From NCBI GenBank assembly GCA_965644265.1, contig OZ286472.1, positions 80,662,001 to 80,726,000 on the forward strand: DNA of 64,000 nucleotides, given 5' to 3'. Positions 12,189 to 25,560 of this stretch are shown here, in pieces; within the stretch, counting starts at the first letter, position 1; the number at the start of each line of letters is the position of its first letter. The position numbers and the translations under genes are program-made. The notes under the pieces are model-generated. The model was given only the letters and a program-made list of their open reading frames with translations. It was not told the origin of the DNA and made no database searches. The stretch is from Glycera tridactyla (taxonomy: Eukaryota).

Positions 12189-12386
12189 TATGTCAGGTCG
12201 GGGGCTACCATCATCTTTACTGTTCTGCTAACTGCGAGTGAATCCAGTCGAGCATTTCGCTAACAGTTCAGTGTTGGTGCTGTTACTACATCCTCTTGGA
12301 GCATGTTCCTCCAAGCTTTTCGCTTGACTGAATTCACTCGCACTTAGCAGAACAGTAAAGATGCTGGTAGCCCCCGACCTGACATA
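12189..12386. mobile_element. Foldback MITE: 65-bp inverted arms (4 mismatches) around a 68-bp spacer, TA at both ends
   Basis: 12189-12253 versus reverse complement of 12322-12386, compared by hand. Confidence 0.85.
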
Positions 12387-13134
12387 TATACATCCTGCGA
12401 GAATCCTATGGGATTCATTGAAACGCCTATGTAATGGTTCATTCTTCTTCTTCTTCTTCTCCTCCTCCTTTTTCTTCTCGTACACTAGTCATGATGACCA
12501 ATTTTTGCGTCTGTACTTATTGGCAACTTTTAGAAAATATAACTTCATGGTGTTGTGCGCATGCAGAATTGTCCTATATTTGAAATTGTTTTAGCATTGT
12601 GGAGTGAGATGATAATGCTGCTTTGAGGGTGTTCACGGTGGGTGAGAATATGACCTCTTCTGGGAGATGGTTCCATTCACTGACGGGTCTGGGACAAAGG
12701 GAGAACTTGTAGTTATCTGTGGACGCTGCTGGGTTATCTTTTGCTATCCAAAGGAAGGTGAAAGTTTATGAAATTCACGGACACTCGAGGTGCTATTTTT
12801 GCCTGATGGAATGTCAGAATGGCGACAGTAGCATGATCACAAGAAAACAATACATGCAGTCATCGAGAAACTAGTCATACCATTTTTTGGGCTGCCACCA
12901 AAATCAGATGTACCAATTGTCATACTGCATATAGGTATCGATATCACAGGGACGTCTGCTATGGACAAGTTCGACTGACTACCTCTGCATTCACGTATTG
13001 AATATAATGAAACCGGAAAGAGAGAAAGAGGGTGAGGTAGGTAGACAGAGAGGATAAGAATCGAGGGATGACAGAAAATATGACATGGAGAGGATTTGAA
13101 TGGAAGGGTCACATATCATCTGAGATGGTTAATT

Positions 13135-13490
13135 GGTTCTAGATGAACGTCAAGTCAGTACCAGATGTGCTGTATTGTGACGTCCATGCAATAGGCATGG
13201 GTGGGATCATTCAGGACCCGCCCCCCCCCCCCCGAGTCCCCAAACGGAAGGTGAAAATATGATAAATTTACTGACAATGTGCCATTTCTGTTGTTGAAAA
13301 TGTTGACAAGAGTGCTAGCTGTGAAGATGGGATTGATTCACTTGGTGTCATCTCTGCAGGTCAGTTATTTGTGCCACCTTTTTCTGCAGTGAACATGGGA
13401 TCAGTTCACTGGGCCGCCACTTGGCAGAGGGGTGGGCGTGAGATACGGCCAAAATTCTGCTCAGACACACAATCAAACCTAGCCTGCTGT
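13135..13490 (-). mobile_element. Interspersed repeat family B (SINE-like; core gtgacgcccatgcaatgggcatgggtgggatc), copy
   Basis: Core shared with 15375-15670, 16130-16340, 17445-17570, 59150-59260 and fragments near 12740 and 16070. Confidence 0.65.
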
Positions 13491-13499
13491 TTCTAAATC

Positions 13500-14620
13500 A
13501 TCCATGCTGCAGCTTGCCAGACTTGAGCAGTCATAGAAAGTCCATCATACTATCACTTTACCACTTCTTCATATGTCTTGGCAGTTGAATTTCCAATATT
13601 CTTTAAACATTGATAATGTGTCTGAAATTCCAACTCTGGTGGGAGGGAATTCCACAACTAGGCACCGGAAGGAGCAAATGCTTTTCACCACATGAAGTCG
13701 TGTTCTTCCTGACTACCAAATCATTCAGCACTACCTCGAGTATTATAGTCATGGGTCAGAGATACCTCCTAAGACATGCCGTTATCACACCCTTCTTAAT
13801 CTCGAACATGAATAGGCATTTTATTTCGTTTTCAACATGTGACACAGCCTTTCCGGTGAAGACGAAGACTCAACTATGTTGGTACAATTATAAGGTAACA
13901 ATGTATCATTTTGGGCTAGATGAAAATGGGTACATGATATCGGATATAAGGGAAGGGGGGTGTAGGGTGGGGGATTTCACCTAGTTTTATATATTATCGA
14001 ACATCATATAAGGTAAAAATGATGATATAGAGCTTGTTGTTAGGGCTAGTAGGAGCGTGAATTGTTTTACTGGCTAGATAGGATGATTGATTTTAATGGA
14101 GTTCAAGATCGTAGACTGTTAGCTTGTCACCGTTATATATCTAAAGATCAGTATGAGCGATATTCAATAGAAGGATAATTCCATCTATCTTGGAGTGTCT
14201 GTGTGTCTGTAATTCACTAGCTGGTGTGTATGCCAGCCAGGAAATCATAGATGGTAGCATAGATGGTCCACTCCCTATACTTCCCATAGTACACCCTCGA
14301 AGACAGCGTGCTAACACGCCAAGAGCCCCATTGACTTTGTACAGGAGGGGTGCATGATGAGGGACATGAAGCCAGATGGAGAATTCTGTGCTGCTGTTAG
14401 CTGAGAAATCAACCCAAAATGTTATCAGAAAATATGTTACTCTTGTTATCCACTGGATTGAAAAAAGAAAGATATCTGGATTCTATACAAAATTTGGAAG
14501 TTTTTGAGAGGATATTTGTTACAGAAAATGATGAAGGGTATGCGAGGAGGGGCTGCATCTTATCAGCACGCTGTGTGATTCCTCTGATCTTGATGAAGCA
14601 GAACATTTTGGGTTGGAGAC
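13500..14620 (-). mobile_element. Heavily decayed CR1/L2-group LINE ORF2 remnant
   Basis: Minus-strand fragments resemble WNSLP..FK (about 13600-13670) and IESRxxxF..NIxSD (about 14420-14480); many stops and frameshifts. Confidence 0.45.
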
Positions 14621-15374
14621 TTATTGAAGATGGCCAGTTGATGACTTTATGGCCCTGTTCACAGCTGCTGACTCTCTACCAGCTGCATCAGTTTATGAAA
14701 TTCATTAGATTATTGGCTGTCATTTCAGTTGTGTGTGTCTTAATGTGATGCAGAGGGGGTTGTTCAACTGGCCGGGCCCCGTGCCACCGAGGCTCGATGA
14801 AGACCACCTGGTGATCTGTACCTTCTGCGGTCATTGCTAATGGATTTCTGTCCTTGTCATAAACAGTGCCAACTTTCCCCCAAACCCCTGAAGTTTGTTG
14901 CTTTTGAATGCATATTTTGACAATTTGTATTGGGATTACCATGAAATTGGATCCAGTATTTCAATCTATAGGAGCTCATTTTGATGGAGGATGTTTTTTC
15001 ATTCAGATATATTGAGAAGTTTCAATGAAATGTCTCTGGAAATATGGTCTCCTCAATAGAGTTTGCATTGCATACCCCAGAGATTGCATGCGGAGCCAGA
15101 TTTGGTGTTTTACACATTTTGTCGGAGTGGACCATCTATGCTACCATCTAGCTACTGGTCAGGATCTTGAGGTATTACACAGACAACAGTTCCTGGTATC
15201 GTACTCAACGTTTCAACATAGCCAGTACAGATGGCGGTTGTGGTATGGGAGATGGTGGCAAGTTCCTGCATCAGGTTTCAATCCCAGATCCGAAGTACCC
15301 TACCCAGCCAAAAATACGGGAAATAACATGATTGGAGCACCTAACCATGATCCCTATTGGTTCACGCAGCTTGC

Positions 15375-15670
15375 CCTGGCAGGTTGGTTGATCGGTTGGT
15401 TCTGGCTTAACGTCATGTCAGTTCCATTGTGACGACCATGCAATGGGCATGGGTGAGATCATCCAAGACTCCTCCTTCTGGATCCCCAACGAAAGGCGAG
15501 ACTTTATGGAATTCCCAGACATTGAGGTGACATTTCTGTTATTATAATGTTGACCTTAGTCTTACCCTCTGGACATGAGATTGATTCACATGGCTTCTGC
15601 AAGAACAGTTGTTTGGCTACTATTACGCAGTGAATATGGGATCAGTTGACTGGGCCTCCACTAGGACAGA
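15375..15670 (-). mobile_element. Interspersed repeat family B, copy
   Basis: Shared core and gcagtgaatatgggatcagttgactgggcc segment with 13135-13490. Confidence 0.65.
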
Positions 15671-15694
15671 GTCTCTTCCCTCCCCCTCTCACTC

Positions 15695-15740
<46 letters not shown>

Positions 15741-16129
15741 CATATTTATACATTCTTCCTATAGCATCCCTTCGTTTACTTTTTTCTTTACGATGTGCTG
15801 GGTGTGATCATTGAACTGCATTCAGGATGGGGGTTAGGTTGTTTTTTTCCATTTGAAAGATCCACTGCTTATGATTCGGTTGGTTGGTTATCATACGTAA
15901 TTCCAGGCTGCTTCTTGCACCCCAATTGGTGAATAATTGTTACATCAACAGACACTCGAGGGTTCATTTCTGGCCTCATTCGAGGGCGAAAGGTTGTTCA
16001 TCCAATCCAAGAGGTCCACTGCTAGTGATCTGCTTATTTTGTGTCTCGATAGCACAATCTAGTCTATATTGAGAACCAATGCAATGGGCATGGTTGGGAT
16101 CGTTAGACTCCTCCCTCTGAGCAGGCTGT

Positions 16130-16340
16130 TTGATTGATTGGTTCTCGCTAAACGTCACGTCAGCACCATCTGGGCTATATTGTGACGCCAATGCAATGGG
16201 CATGGGTGGGATCTTTCAAGACTGCTCCTTCTGGGTCCCAAACGGAAGTTGAAAATTTATGAAATTCACAGACACTCAAGGTGCCATTTCTGCGACATCC
16301 CTTTGAGTTCCAAATGGAAGAACATTTATGAAATCCACAC
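16130..16340 (-). mobile_element. Interspersed repeat family B, copy
   Basis: Shared core plus gttgaaaatttatgaaattcacagacactcaaggtgccatttctg segment. Confidence 0.65.
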
Positions 16341-16522
16341 ACTCATGGTGTCATCTCAGTGGCTAGACCAAGTTAGATAGAAGTTTCAAAAATATCCTCC
16401 AAGCTCATTTGATGTACCTCATCCATCTCCCTGGGTGTCGCATGAAGATGTGCGTGCTCCATGGTAATCACTCTGTCTGTCCACCCGTCCGTCCAACTTT
16501 TTGTGCATGCAGCTGTGGCATG

Positions 16523-17375
16523 TTTGTTTGTTTGTTTAAGTTTAACATCACTTAAACCCGCTTGGGTAATCGGACTGAAAAACTTAAAATGCTGAAGAAA
16601 AGAGTCACTGCCTGCCCTGGGCCGTCCCTACTCTTTGCGAAAGACAGCAGTGGATCTTCAACGTGCGTAAAGGAAAAGGCTTCTAAATACACGGCTGGCC
16701 TTTGATATCCCAGTCGGCATGCACTGGGTTAGCATGCACACGATTCATATTTGTCTGAATATCCCCAATTCATGCAAATAACCAAATATGTCTGTTGGTT
16801 CGACTTCCACGAAAAGTTGTGTCATATTTTCTACAGTGTAATACTTTACTCTAGTTTGCGATAGTTTTCTACAGCCGAGCAATAGATGTTTGACTGTGAG
16901 ATGGCATCTGCATGCAAAGCAATTAGGATTGCCTTGTTTTTTCAGAAGGTGTGAATGGGTGAGATATGTATGAAAAAGTACGGGAAAGTACTATCTCCTC
17001 TCTTCTATTCATAGTTCTCACAGGGAATCTGTCCTCAAGTTTTGGTCTGATGCGATATAATTTATTTCGCTTTTTGGTTCCCCATTCATTCTGCCAGCGT
17101 TGGACAATATAGAGCTTTATTCTTGGTTTGAAGTCAGAATAATGGATTTCCATCTCAGTGACTGGCAAACCTAGAGCTCTTTTGGCCGCTTTATCGGCTG
17201 CCTCATTTCCAGGAATTCCGATATGACTCGGAATCCAGCAAAGTCTAACAGTCTTTTGATGATCTTTGATTTTTCGATACTCTTGCAAGATTTGCAAGAG
17301 TATACAGTTCCTGATGCTACATCAGCCAAATTGGATGTGTCGAATGAACATATGTTGTAGGTATGCGTGCGCATG
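16523..17375 (-). mobile_element. 5'-truncated I/Nimb-group LINE: RNase H domain, ORF2 C-terminus, 3' UTR and (CAAA)n tail
   Basis: LCWIPSHIGIPGNEAADKAAK RNase H motif (ORF 16923-17297); frameshift after SR; ORF2-like end LHELGIFRQI*; tail gatgttaaacttaaacaaacaaaca. Confidence 0.85.
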
Positions 17376-17444
17376 TAATTTTGCTCTGGTGACCTTTGAC
17401 CTCGAGGTTATGATCTTTACCTAGAAATTCTTCAGCGCACTACT

Positions 17445-17570
17445 ATTGGTTGGTTCGTCCTGGTTTAACATCGAATCAGCACTATATGTGCTATATTGTG
17501 ACGCCCATGCAATGGACTTGGTTTGGACCAATCATAAGTCCTCCTTCTGGGTCTCCAACGGACGGCAAAC
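17445..17570 (-). mobile_element. Interspersed repeat family B, truncated copy
   Basis: tattgtgacgcccatgcaatgg..ctccttctgggtctccaacgga core. Confidence 0.6.
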
Positions 17571-19884
17571 ATTCAGTTGGGGCATAAAAAGGAGAAACAC
17601 AATGGTTTGTAATATTCTCTCATTTATTAAATTTGTCTGATTCTTATACATGAAAATACTTTGGATTATGTTCAACATCATCATTATGACAAGAGGTTTT
17701 AGTTGAAAGAGGTGAGTGAGAAGGAAAGTATCTTGGAAATCAATAGAAATAAATGGCTATTTGGTAGTAATCTGCTACTGCGGTTGTACACCTCCACTTG
17801 TGTTTACTGGCTTCTTGTTGCATCTAAATCTGGCCACATCACAACATGTGCTGCAACCATCCAGTCCTGCCCACATGCCAATCTTGTTTCCACATCCACT
17901 AATCTCCACGGTGAGGTGGTCAAACATGATTGGTGGGAGGAGAGGCCACCAAGTGCAAATAGAAAATGGAGATGTACTGTTCTGAACTGATACAATGATC
18001 ATGACAGCCTGGTCAAGTCAATCAACAAACCAATCACTGTGCCTCGCATTACAAATAAAACAAAATCAACATGATGACAAAGTCAGGCACCAACTCCAGA
18101 TATATCCTCAGCACTCTCAGTGTGATTCAAATGCAGATTGTCTCAGAGAAAGCCAACAGAATTATTGTTGCCATCATAAAGATTTGTGATTTTTGTCTCA
18201 TCAGCCACACAAGCTAGTGTGACACCCATGCACTGAGCATGGGAAGGGATCATACCTGAATCCATTCCCCGATCCGCAATGGGGAGATATATTCTGCAAG
18301 TGTGCAGCATGCAGGTTTGGTCATTATGTATGCAGGGTATTAAGATAACCACGGCATATTGGTCATGATATACAACAGTCCTTTATTAAATCAGCATAGT
18401 ACCTTCTGCAGCTGTACATAGAGGATAACAGCATTTAGTTCCAGAAAATCCCATCAGGGTATTTCACTGTAACAATAATCTCCAATAGTTGCCACTAGGT
18501 GTCACTCTAACCAGTAGACAACTCACTGAATTGCTGCTCATGTCTGAACTGAGTGAGGAATGAGCCTGATTGACAAGATGTGGTCAAGTCTGGATGATCC
18601 TACACTGGCACCAGAAACCAACCTGCATTACAACAAAGCTGGTCTTACAAAACAGGTGGTCTACTTGGAGGTATATTTGACTGGGTCAAACAGAGAGATA
18701 GGCTTGCAGCCAGGCTTGGGTCATGCAGGAGTCCCTGATTAGAGATTCCAGTGTACATTCAAGCAGACAAGTCCCATTCCCACGATGGCAGTCTTCTTCC
18801 CACTGACACCAGTCATTCAGATATAGATATATATGTACAAATCAAACCATAGGAAGAGGAATGACATATTAGGAATGCAAAACTAAACTCACCCACAATT
18901 CATGATCAGAATGTATCAAAAACCCAGGTAAACACAAGAGAACCACCACAGGGTCTGAGGGTTGCATCTATGATTTCCATATTCCGAGGCATTTGCTCCC
19001 GAATGTTTGAGAAAAGGGGCTATTTCTTCACAAAACCATTCAAAATGCGTTCACTCAATAAGGAGCGAGTGCAGCCCTCTTACTGATAAAGGAGGCATCA
19101 TGGCCCCTAGCTCCCTAAAAAAGGGCCCACACTCAAGAACATGTGTGAGTGCCCCAAGAGCCGCCCCTGGACGCAACCCAACCACAAGATGATTTGGAGC
19201 AATTAAAGAAATAAAAAGAGTGACTGAAGTGCTTCTCTCACTTTGGGAGGAGGGTGGTGATGCTGGAGGCTGGAGATGATAGGAAGCTGGATAACAACGA
19301 TGATCTGCTCGTACAAACAAAGATGGCGTGATCGATCACTCCCGTGTCACATGCTCATCAACAACACAAGTCCTGTATGCTTCCACGCGGAGGATACACT
19401 CGTACAAACACACATCGTCAGAACACAGCCAGACATACATTTACATACATTAACACATTCATCACAGGATCGTGGCCTCTCTCTCTCTCTCCGTGTGACC
19501 ACCCATACTTACATATAAATATATGATACCTAGTCATAGATAACTGCCATTTTGTGTGCGATCTTTAATATACCCCTGCAGTATTTATTGCACATCATCG
19601 AGAGTTAATAACATACAGAGCACAACACAATATATACGCCACCCCTGCTATCACTTCCCCCATATCTGTGGCCAAATGTCCAGAGTAAAACAGAAAATTT
19701 ATCAACTCTATGGAGAAATGAGAACATATTGGTAGGAAAGAGTGACCCTATCCAGTAAGTTTACAGCCATACAACAGCTGATGTTAGGCCCAAAATCTTC
19801 GACAGGCATCCAAAAGGATCCTTCAGCTAGAATTTACTTCTCAGCACCAGATGGCAGTCAGCACCCTGCAGCAACAACCAAAAT

Positions 19885-20060
19885 GGATTGAATGTTTGAC
19901 GTTGTTCTGCATTTATCACCCAGAGGATTATGTATGCCACATGCTCTTGGTCAATGAGAGCTGGAAATTATCTCCCCTGCAGACAGCACTGTCACAAACC
20001 CTAAATACAAGATGATGGGGACCCGAAAGTTTGTCAAGTGGAAATAGCTGAGAGTTCAGG
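19885..20060 (-). mobile_element. Interspersed repeat family A, truncated copy
   Basis: tacaagatgatggggacccgaaagtttgtcaagtggaaatagctgagagttcag core. Confidence 0.68.
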
Positions 20061-20307
20061 GGAGGATGAAAGCAGCATCAAGAAGTATAATTTCAGATTG
20101 TTTGACTTGAAGGCAATATATTAGTGTGCGCTGTGTATACAGTACAGGCAAGTACTTGCCGAAACAAATTCCAGGTGGACTCCAGGAAAATGCAACAGCA
20201 AGCAAACATTACCATTCCATGGAATGCACTTAATTATTAGAAGGAAATAGGAATATTCACAGAAATCAACGTTTCATCCAATCTAAGAGAATCAGTTGAC
20301 TGATCAC

Positions 20308-20342
<35 letters not shown>

Positions 20343-21118
20343 GTTAGAATAACTTTAGTGAGTTAGCTCCCAACGTTGAAATCAATGAACCTTGGATAAC
20401 ACATACATACCAACCTAATACACACACACAATTCTGATCTTACATTTCTTGCCCAGATGTTTTGTCTTCAGAAACACAGAAGACCTGTTACACCCGACCT
20501 TCCTTGTATTTCTGGCATCCCTCAGTGAAACGTCTTTCCAGAGGTACAGTAAAACTAGTGAAGTCATAAAGTACATGTAAGGAAAGAAAAGCAAGCTTGT
20601 CTTTGAAAAAGTCAACTTAGGCCGCAGACTCAAGATGGCAGTTCCTACGAGAATGGTAGATGGAAATTGTTTATATAACAGGCATTTTGGTGACCCCAAT
20701 ATACGTTATCAATATTACATATGTACAAATGTTGATTGTGAAACTACTCCCAACTATGGTCTTCTTTATAATGCAAAGGATGCAACCAATCTTCACAAAT
20801 CTCACACTGACCTCGTGTTGAAGTCAGCCGTGGGTTTTGCCAACTTGCTTATTGCAATATCACATTTATACGCACACATACAACCACTGACGGGGAGAGA
20901 GGTAGTAGCAACGTGGACTATTCCAGCTCAAAAAGCCATCCTTGCGACGTGGTCATAAAATGAAATGTCAATAATCATGAAAGAATTGAACAAAGGTGGG
21001 ATAAGACTGTAACTATCACCAATCCAGCCGAGGAGATGAAGATCTGGGTCTCCTACATGTTTATAGCACAAGAACCTCTCAGATGGAATATTTTCATTGT
21101 ATCCACTTGAGGAATAAA

Positions 21119-21338
21119 CAGGGCTCTAAATGGCTACCTGTGGTTAGCCAATGGCTACCAAATTCACTCTCTGGCTACCACATTTCAAGTTAGTGGCGAA
21201 TGGCCACTAAAATTTTGAGAGGTTGTAATTGCCAATGTATTGACTGGCTACCAACATTTGGCAATCGCTACTGAAAATATCAACTCAGGGCTAGCTGGCT
21301 CCTAAATATTTTAATATTATTGTCAACATGGAGTCCTG
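21119..21338. mobile_element. hAT-type MITE-like repeat (cagggctct...gagtcctg); related copy at 29404-29570
   Basis: Shared aatgtattgactggctaccaacatttggcaat..tatcaact..gctggctcctaa core in both copies; no clear TSD. Confidence 0.55.
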
Positions 21339-22374
21339 ATAATTTTCCAATAATAATCTCCTGTCATCTGATCTCAGCCAAATTGTGAACTAGTATCCAT
21401 ATTGCTTGTGTGAGTATCAAACTCTATGTGGAGGGGAATGAAGGTCAAACATGGTGGTCTTCAATAGCAGAGAAATCAGCATGTACTGGGTTATGGCTCA
21501 GGAACCCCACGGAGGAGATGTCCATTTGAGACTGAGTGCCTTTCTTCATACATTGACGAGTTTAATTGCTGAGTTTATGGTCATTTTACCCACACAATGA
21601 TACAACAGAGCTCTCCCAATCCACTGATATGTTGAAGTAATTCAAAGGCTCCTACAAAGTTCTTCACCACTGAGGACACCGAAACACACACACACACACA
21701 CCATTCGACAATTTCATATGACCAATCACGGCATTCAAGGTGACTTTGCAATTAGCCACTTTGAATCACACACATAACATCCACATTGCATGACAATAAC
21801 CCAACTCTGTCCAGACACTCTCTCACACACGCACGCATGCATGGACATGCACACACACACACAAAGTGGTTGTCAGATAACAATACAGATCCCATATCAC
21901 TGATATAACAAATGATGAATTAGCGGAGACATGACACAGAAAACTTCACCTCTCTCAATCCAGGGTCACACAATGAAACCCCTTGTGACAGATCCACTCA
22001 TATGAGACCTTCCCTTAATAAAGACCTCACTCTTCTAAAAGGGTTCTCTTACATCCGGTCCAATGTTACTTTCCATGAAAAGTATCTCTTATTTAAGATA
22101 TAATCTTGTTATGAGATGGTTGGTGGGTTGATTGAAATTCAACAGCACGTCACTTGTATTAACCCATGGGATTATGTTTTACCTAAGGAGGTCTTCAAAA
22201 AGTGGGTCAACTGTATTTACATGAAGGGCGAATTTCAATGTGTAAGTAGGAAATTCTGAATTGCTATGATCAGTCGACATGTATATTGCTGACCTGAGTG
22301 GAGGTAAGAATCAAATGAATTCTATCCCTGCATCAAGATGGCACACCTAGGTCAGAGTTATGCAGCTCTTCCTG

Positions 22375-22380
22375 TTTATT
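22375..22380 (-). promoter_or_regulatory. Candidate AATAAA polyadenylation signal of the kinase gene (would give a 3' UTR of about 2.1 kb)
   Basis: tttatt on + at 22375-22380, downstream of an AT-rich UTR-like stretch; not confirmed. Confidence 0.3.
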
Positions 22381-24440
22381 CAGGTGTGGGCAAGAGCTCC
22401 AGAAATATCCCCCTCCACGAAGCAAAGATCTAAAGCTATCACCTCCCTTTGATTAGCATGAAATAACACAATTACCTGTTAGTCACCGATGATAAATTAT
22501 CTACCATGAATATGTCGTTCTGAGTGGAATATGAGGTTGTTAAAGACGAGCGCAATCTTTCACAGTCACTGGAATTTGAATATGAATACCTCACCCATGA
22601 AATGTACAAGACATGGGTGTATCTCAGTGGGTGGGATCTGATTATGGGTTTTAAGATGATATCGTATGATGTACCCTAACAGGTATCTTCTCTGTAAATG
22701 TAAGCATCACTGGCAACCAATATGTGATGAAAGGGATGCCATACATACTGGCTTGACATAGAATATTGACAACTATCACCGACTTTTTTTCCCCATCAAT
22801 TTCCACACAGGATATGATAAAGCCCAATTTGGTGCGTTTCATAATCATTTTGACTCATTACATGTTTCTGGAAATATTTCACACATGCTGAATTATCACA
22901 AAACAAACATTTCACTGCAGTAATAATCAAACACCTGAATCTTGAAATTAGCAAGCAACGTTTCCCTTGAATGTCACATCAATAATTTGGTTGCAGATAT
23001 GTCACCATGTGCATCCAAACTTGAAGTATTTTGATCACAGAAAACCTGAGATAAACGGCTCACGTCAACAGCACTTAGCAAATGCCATGTAGTTCGACTG
23101 TCTGCAAATGTACTGCCAACTGTGTGCAGGTTTCATACCACTAAATAATATTGGTGTCCACGATAAACTACTATTGTATTCATTCATTCTATAAATTCAT
23201 CTCTCCAGTTACAAACATATCACGTCACCACAGTTCATTTTGAGCTAGCTGCAGTACAGTTTCCTCATTATCCACCATTTTTACCAACTCAACATGGAAA
23301 CTACTATACAAGTATTAGACATCATGTACAAGGTTTACCCACAGTTATAAATACAAACAAAAACTTAGTACATTCATTTTTCTCTCTGTACAACTAACGT
23401 GTACGCAATATACAAATAATAAGCCCAACGGGATTCAACCACGGTCAAGTTTAGAAACAAGAGACTTGCAAAGTTGACTGACCTTCGGCCCCGTTATATC
23501 TGTCCACATTATCTCTGGTTCAACATCAATTTCACCTCAACTTATGCTACAGTATCGCTCTGATGTCAAATAGATGTTGAAAGCTTATTCACTCACTGGG
23601 TTGTCTAGAATCAGAGTTGCTGGAATAAAATTTCTTTCATCACAAACAAAGTCTCTATAACAATAACAGATTCTCTAATTGGGTCGACTTCACTGATGTG
23701 GGAAGACAACTCGCTCCGTGGAATCACTGCCCGTCAGTTCACTATACTAGTGTTAGAACTGATCTTAGTCACGAACCGCAGTGAGGCTCCTGTGAATAAC
23801 AGTGATGTTGATACATAACACCAGATGTCACTGCCCTCTATGCTGCGTGAGTGGAAACTAGCTGCACGTTAAACTAACAAGTACTGACACGTCGCAATCT
23901 CAACAGTCGCAATCTTAAGAGCCAGCTGGTCACAAACACCATTATGTGAATCCACCGACAATGCTGCTAAAGTTCTGTGCAACATCAACTGATGACCAGT
24001 TTTCACAATAACCATACGATTATTGCCCACATCAGTACTGCTCTGTTTCCATGGCAACTTGCCAGCCTAACTGGCTTTGTGCATAGCAACAAGTATCAAA
24101 ATAAGGGACCACGTTGATGATGGTTCTGAGGTGTATCGGGGCTGAGTTCATCCGGAAACAAGTCTCACATCCATGCTGGCAGATGCTGGTCACCATGGCG
24201 ACGGTAACGCCACCGGGTGTGAGAAGAAAAGCAAGACGTGCATGGCGGTCCGGCAGAGGTGGTGTGTCATGGAGGGAACACCTCGCCTGAAATCCAATCC
24301 CTGGAGGAAAATCACGGAGGACGACGTATTCTTGTTTGGTGATGATAACAATGACGGAATAAACTAATGTGTACATGAAGATTTGCAGGATGAGGATAGA
24401 AAGTCAGGATCACATCTTGATAACAATTTCATCAACGCTT

Positions 24441-24453
24441 CTATGATGGCCGC
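24441..24453 (-). CDS. GckIII: GCKIII kinase last coding exon: (G)RPS*
   Basis: tgtgtttgtgtttgcag|G CGG CCA TCA TAG; phase 2 matches the upstream exon. Confidence 0.7.
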
Positions 24454-24547
24454 CTGCAAACACAAACACAAATACTGTCTCATTATATTTTGGTCATAAT
24501 ATCATAAAACTCACTATTAGCAACTTATCAAACTCCTGGATGATGGG

Positions 24548-24705
24548 AGTGAAACCTGACGAGAGACTACCGCCGAACAGAGACCGCTTTTTCAGGGAAG
24601 TATTCTTATTTGACATAGTCAAATATACCTCCCACGAGAGACCACCTTTCTTTAGAGACCGCTTCCTGATAACATTCAAGGCGGTCTCTCTCCAAAGGTT
24701 TCACT
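24548..24705. mobile_element. Tc1/mariner-type MITE remnant
   Basis: Perfect 10-bp TIR agtgaaacct / aggtttcact and internal gagaccac/gagaccgc motifs. Confidence 0.6.
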
Positions 24706-25233
24706 CAACATGAGATGTGAAGAGATATTCACTGTTTCTTCATTGTGAAATTCACATCCTTGACGATTGGAGAAATATACATTTTTGTGCATATCAACAA
24801 ATGAAGATATTCATATCTATGATGAAGTAATGAGGAAAATAGGAGTTTATTCAAGTGTTCACAGGCAAGAATGTCCTATTCTGAGTGTTTATCAAAGTTG
24901 GATGATATGGCACATGTTGAGCTCCGGCACTTGTATCCAAGCACATCAGTGAACGCATGAAGTGAACCAATTATCCTGCTATCAGCAAGCTTCTGTCCAG
25001 CAGGCAATAACACACTGGTGGCACTTTCCACCAGGATTTCATTGGCCCCAAAAGAAACCCAACATATGCTAAATAATGGCTACAATAACTCCAAACAAAC
25101 TTTGTGCTCTATCTTTACTAAGACTGATCCCATTTCTGCAATCTTAAATCCAAAATATTCAGCATGACATACTCTTGCATGGATTGCTGTATTCAAGAAA
25201 TTTGCAGATCCACCGAAACGATAATATCTGTGG

Positions 25234-25365
25234 GTGTGACATGGGAGAGACTTACCCTGATTTGAGTGTGACATGGGAGAGACTTACCCTGATTTGAGTG
25301 TGACATGGGAGAGACTTACCCTGTTTGAGTGTGACATGGGAGAGACTTACCCTGATTTGAGTGTG
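25234..25365 (-). repeat. Four tandem copies (32/32/31/32 bp) each containing the CAGG|gtaagt donor of the 25351-25541 exon
   Basis: Unit gtgtgacatgggagagacttaccctgatttga on +; exon-end positions 25351, 25320, 25288 and 25256. Confidence 0.93.
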
Positions 25366-25541
25366 TTCATTGCTCGCTGCAACTGTGGATCACTCAGTGA
25401 TTGACCGGCTAACCGCTGCACAATCTGACCCAGAAGGTCGTCCGACATCCCCGGACACGACTTCTCCACCAAGTCAAAGGCATTCTTGAGCTCACTGATT
25501 GCATCACTTGGCCCATGCGCATTGCCATGACGATCCCGTAG
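25351..25541 (-). CDS. GckIII: GCKIII C-terminal PDCD10/CCM3-binding domain exon (191 nt, phase 0-2): LRDRHGNAHGPSDAISELKNAFDLVEKSCPGMSDDLLGQIVQRLAGQSLSDPQLQRAMNTLKS
   Basis: ttgttccag| acceptor, GG|gtaagt donor; ELxNAFxLxExSCPGxSD signature of the STK24/25/26 C-termini. Confidence 0.93.
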
Positions 25542-25560
25542 CTGGAACAAGTCAAACATT

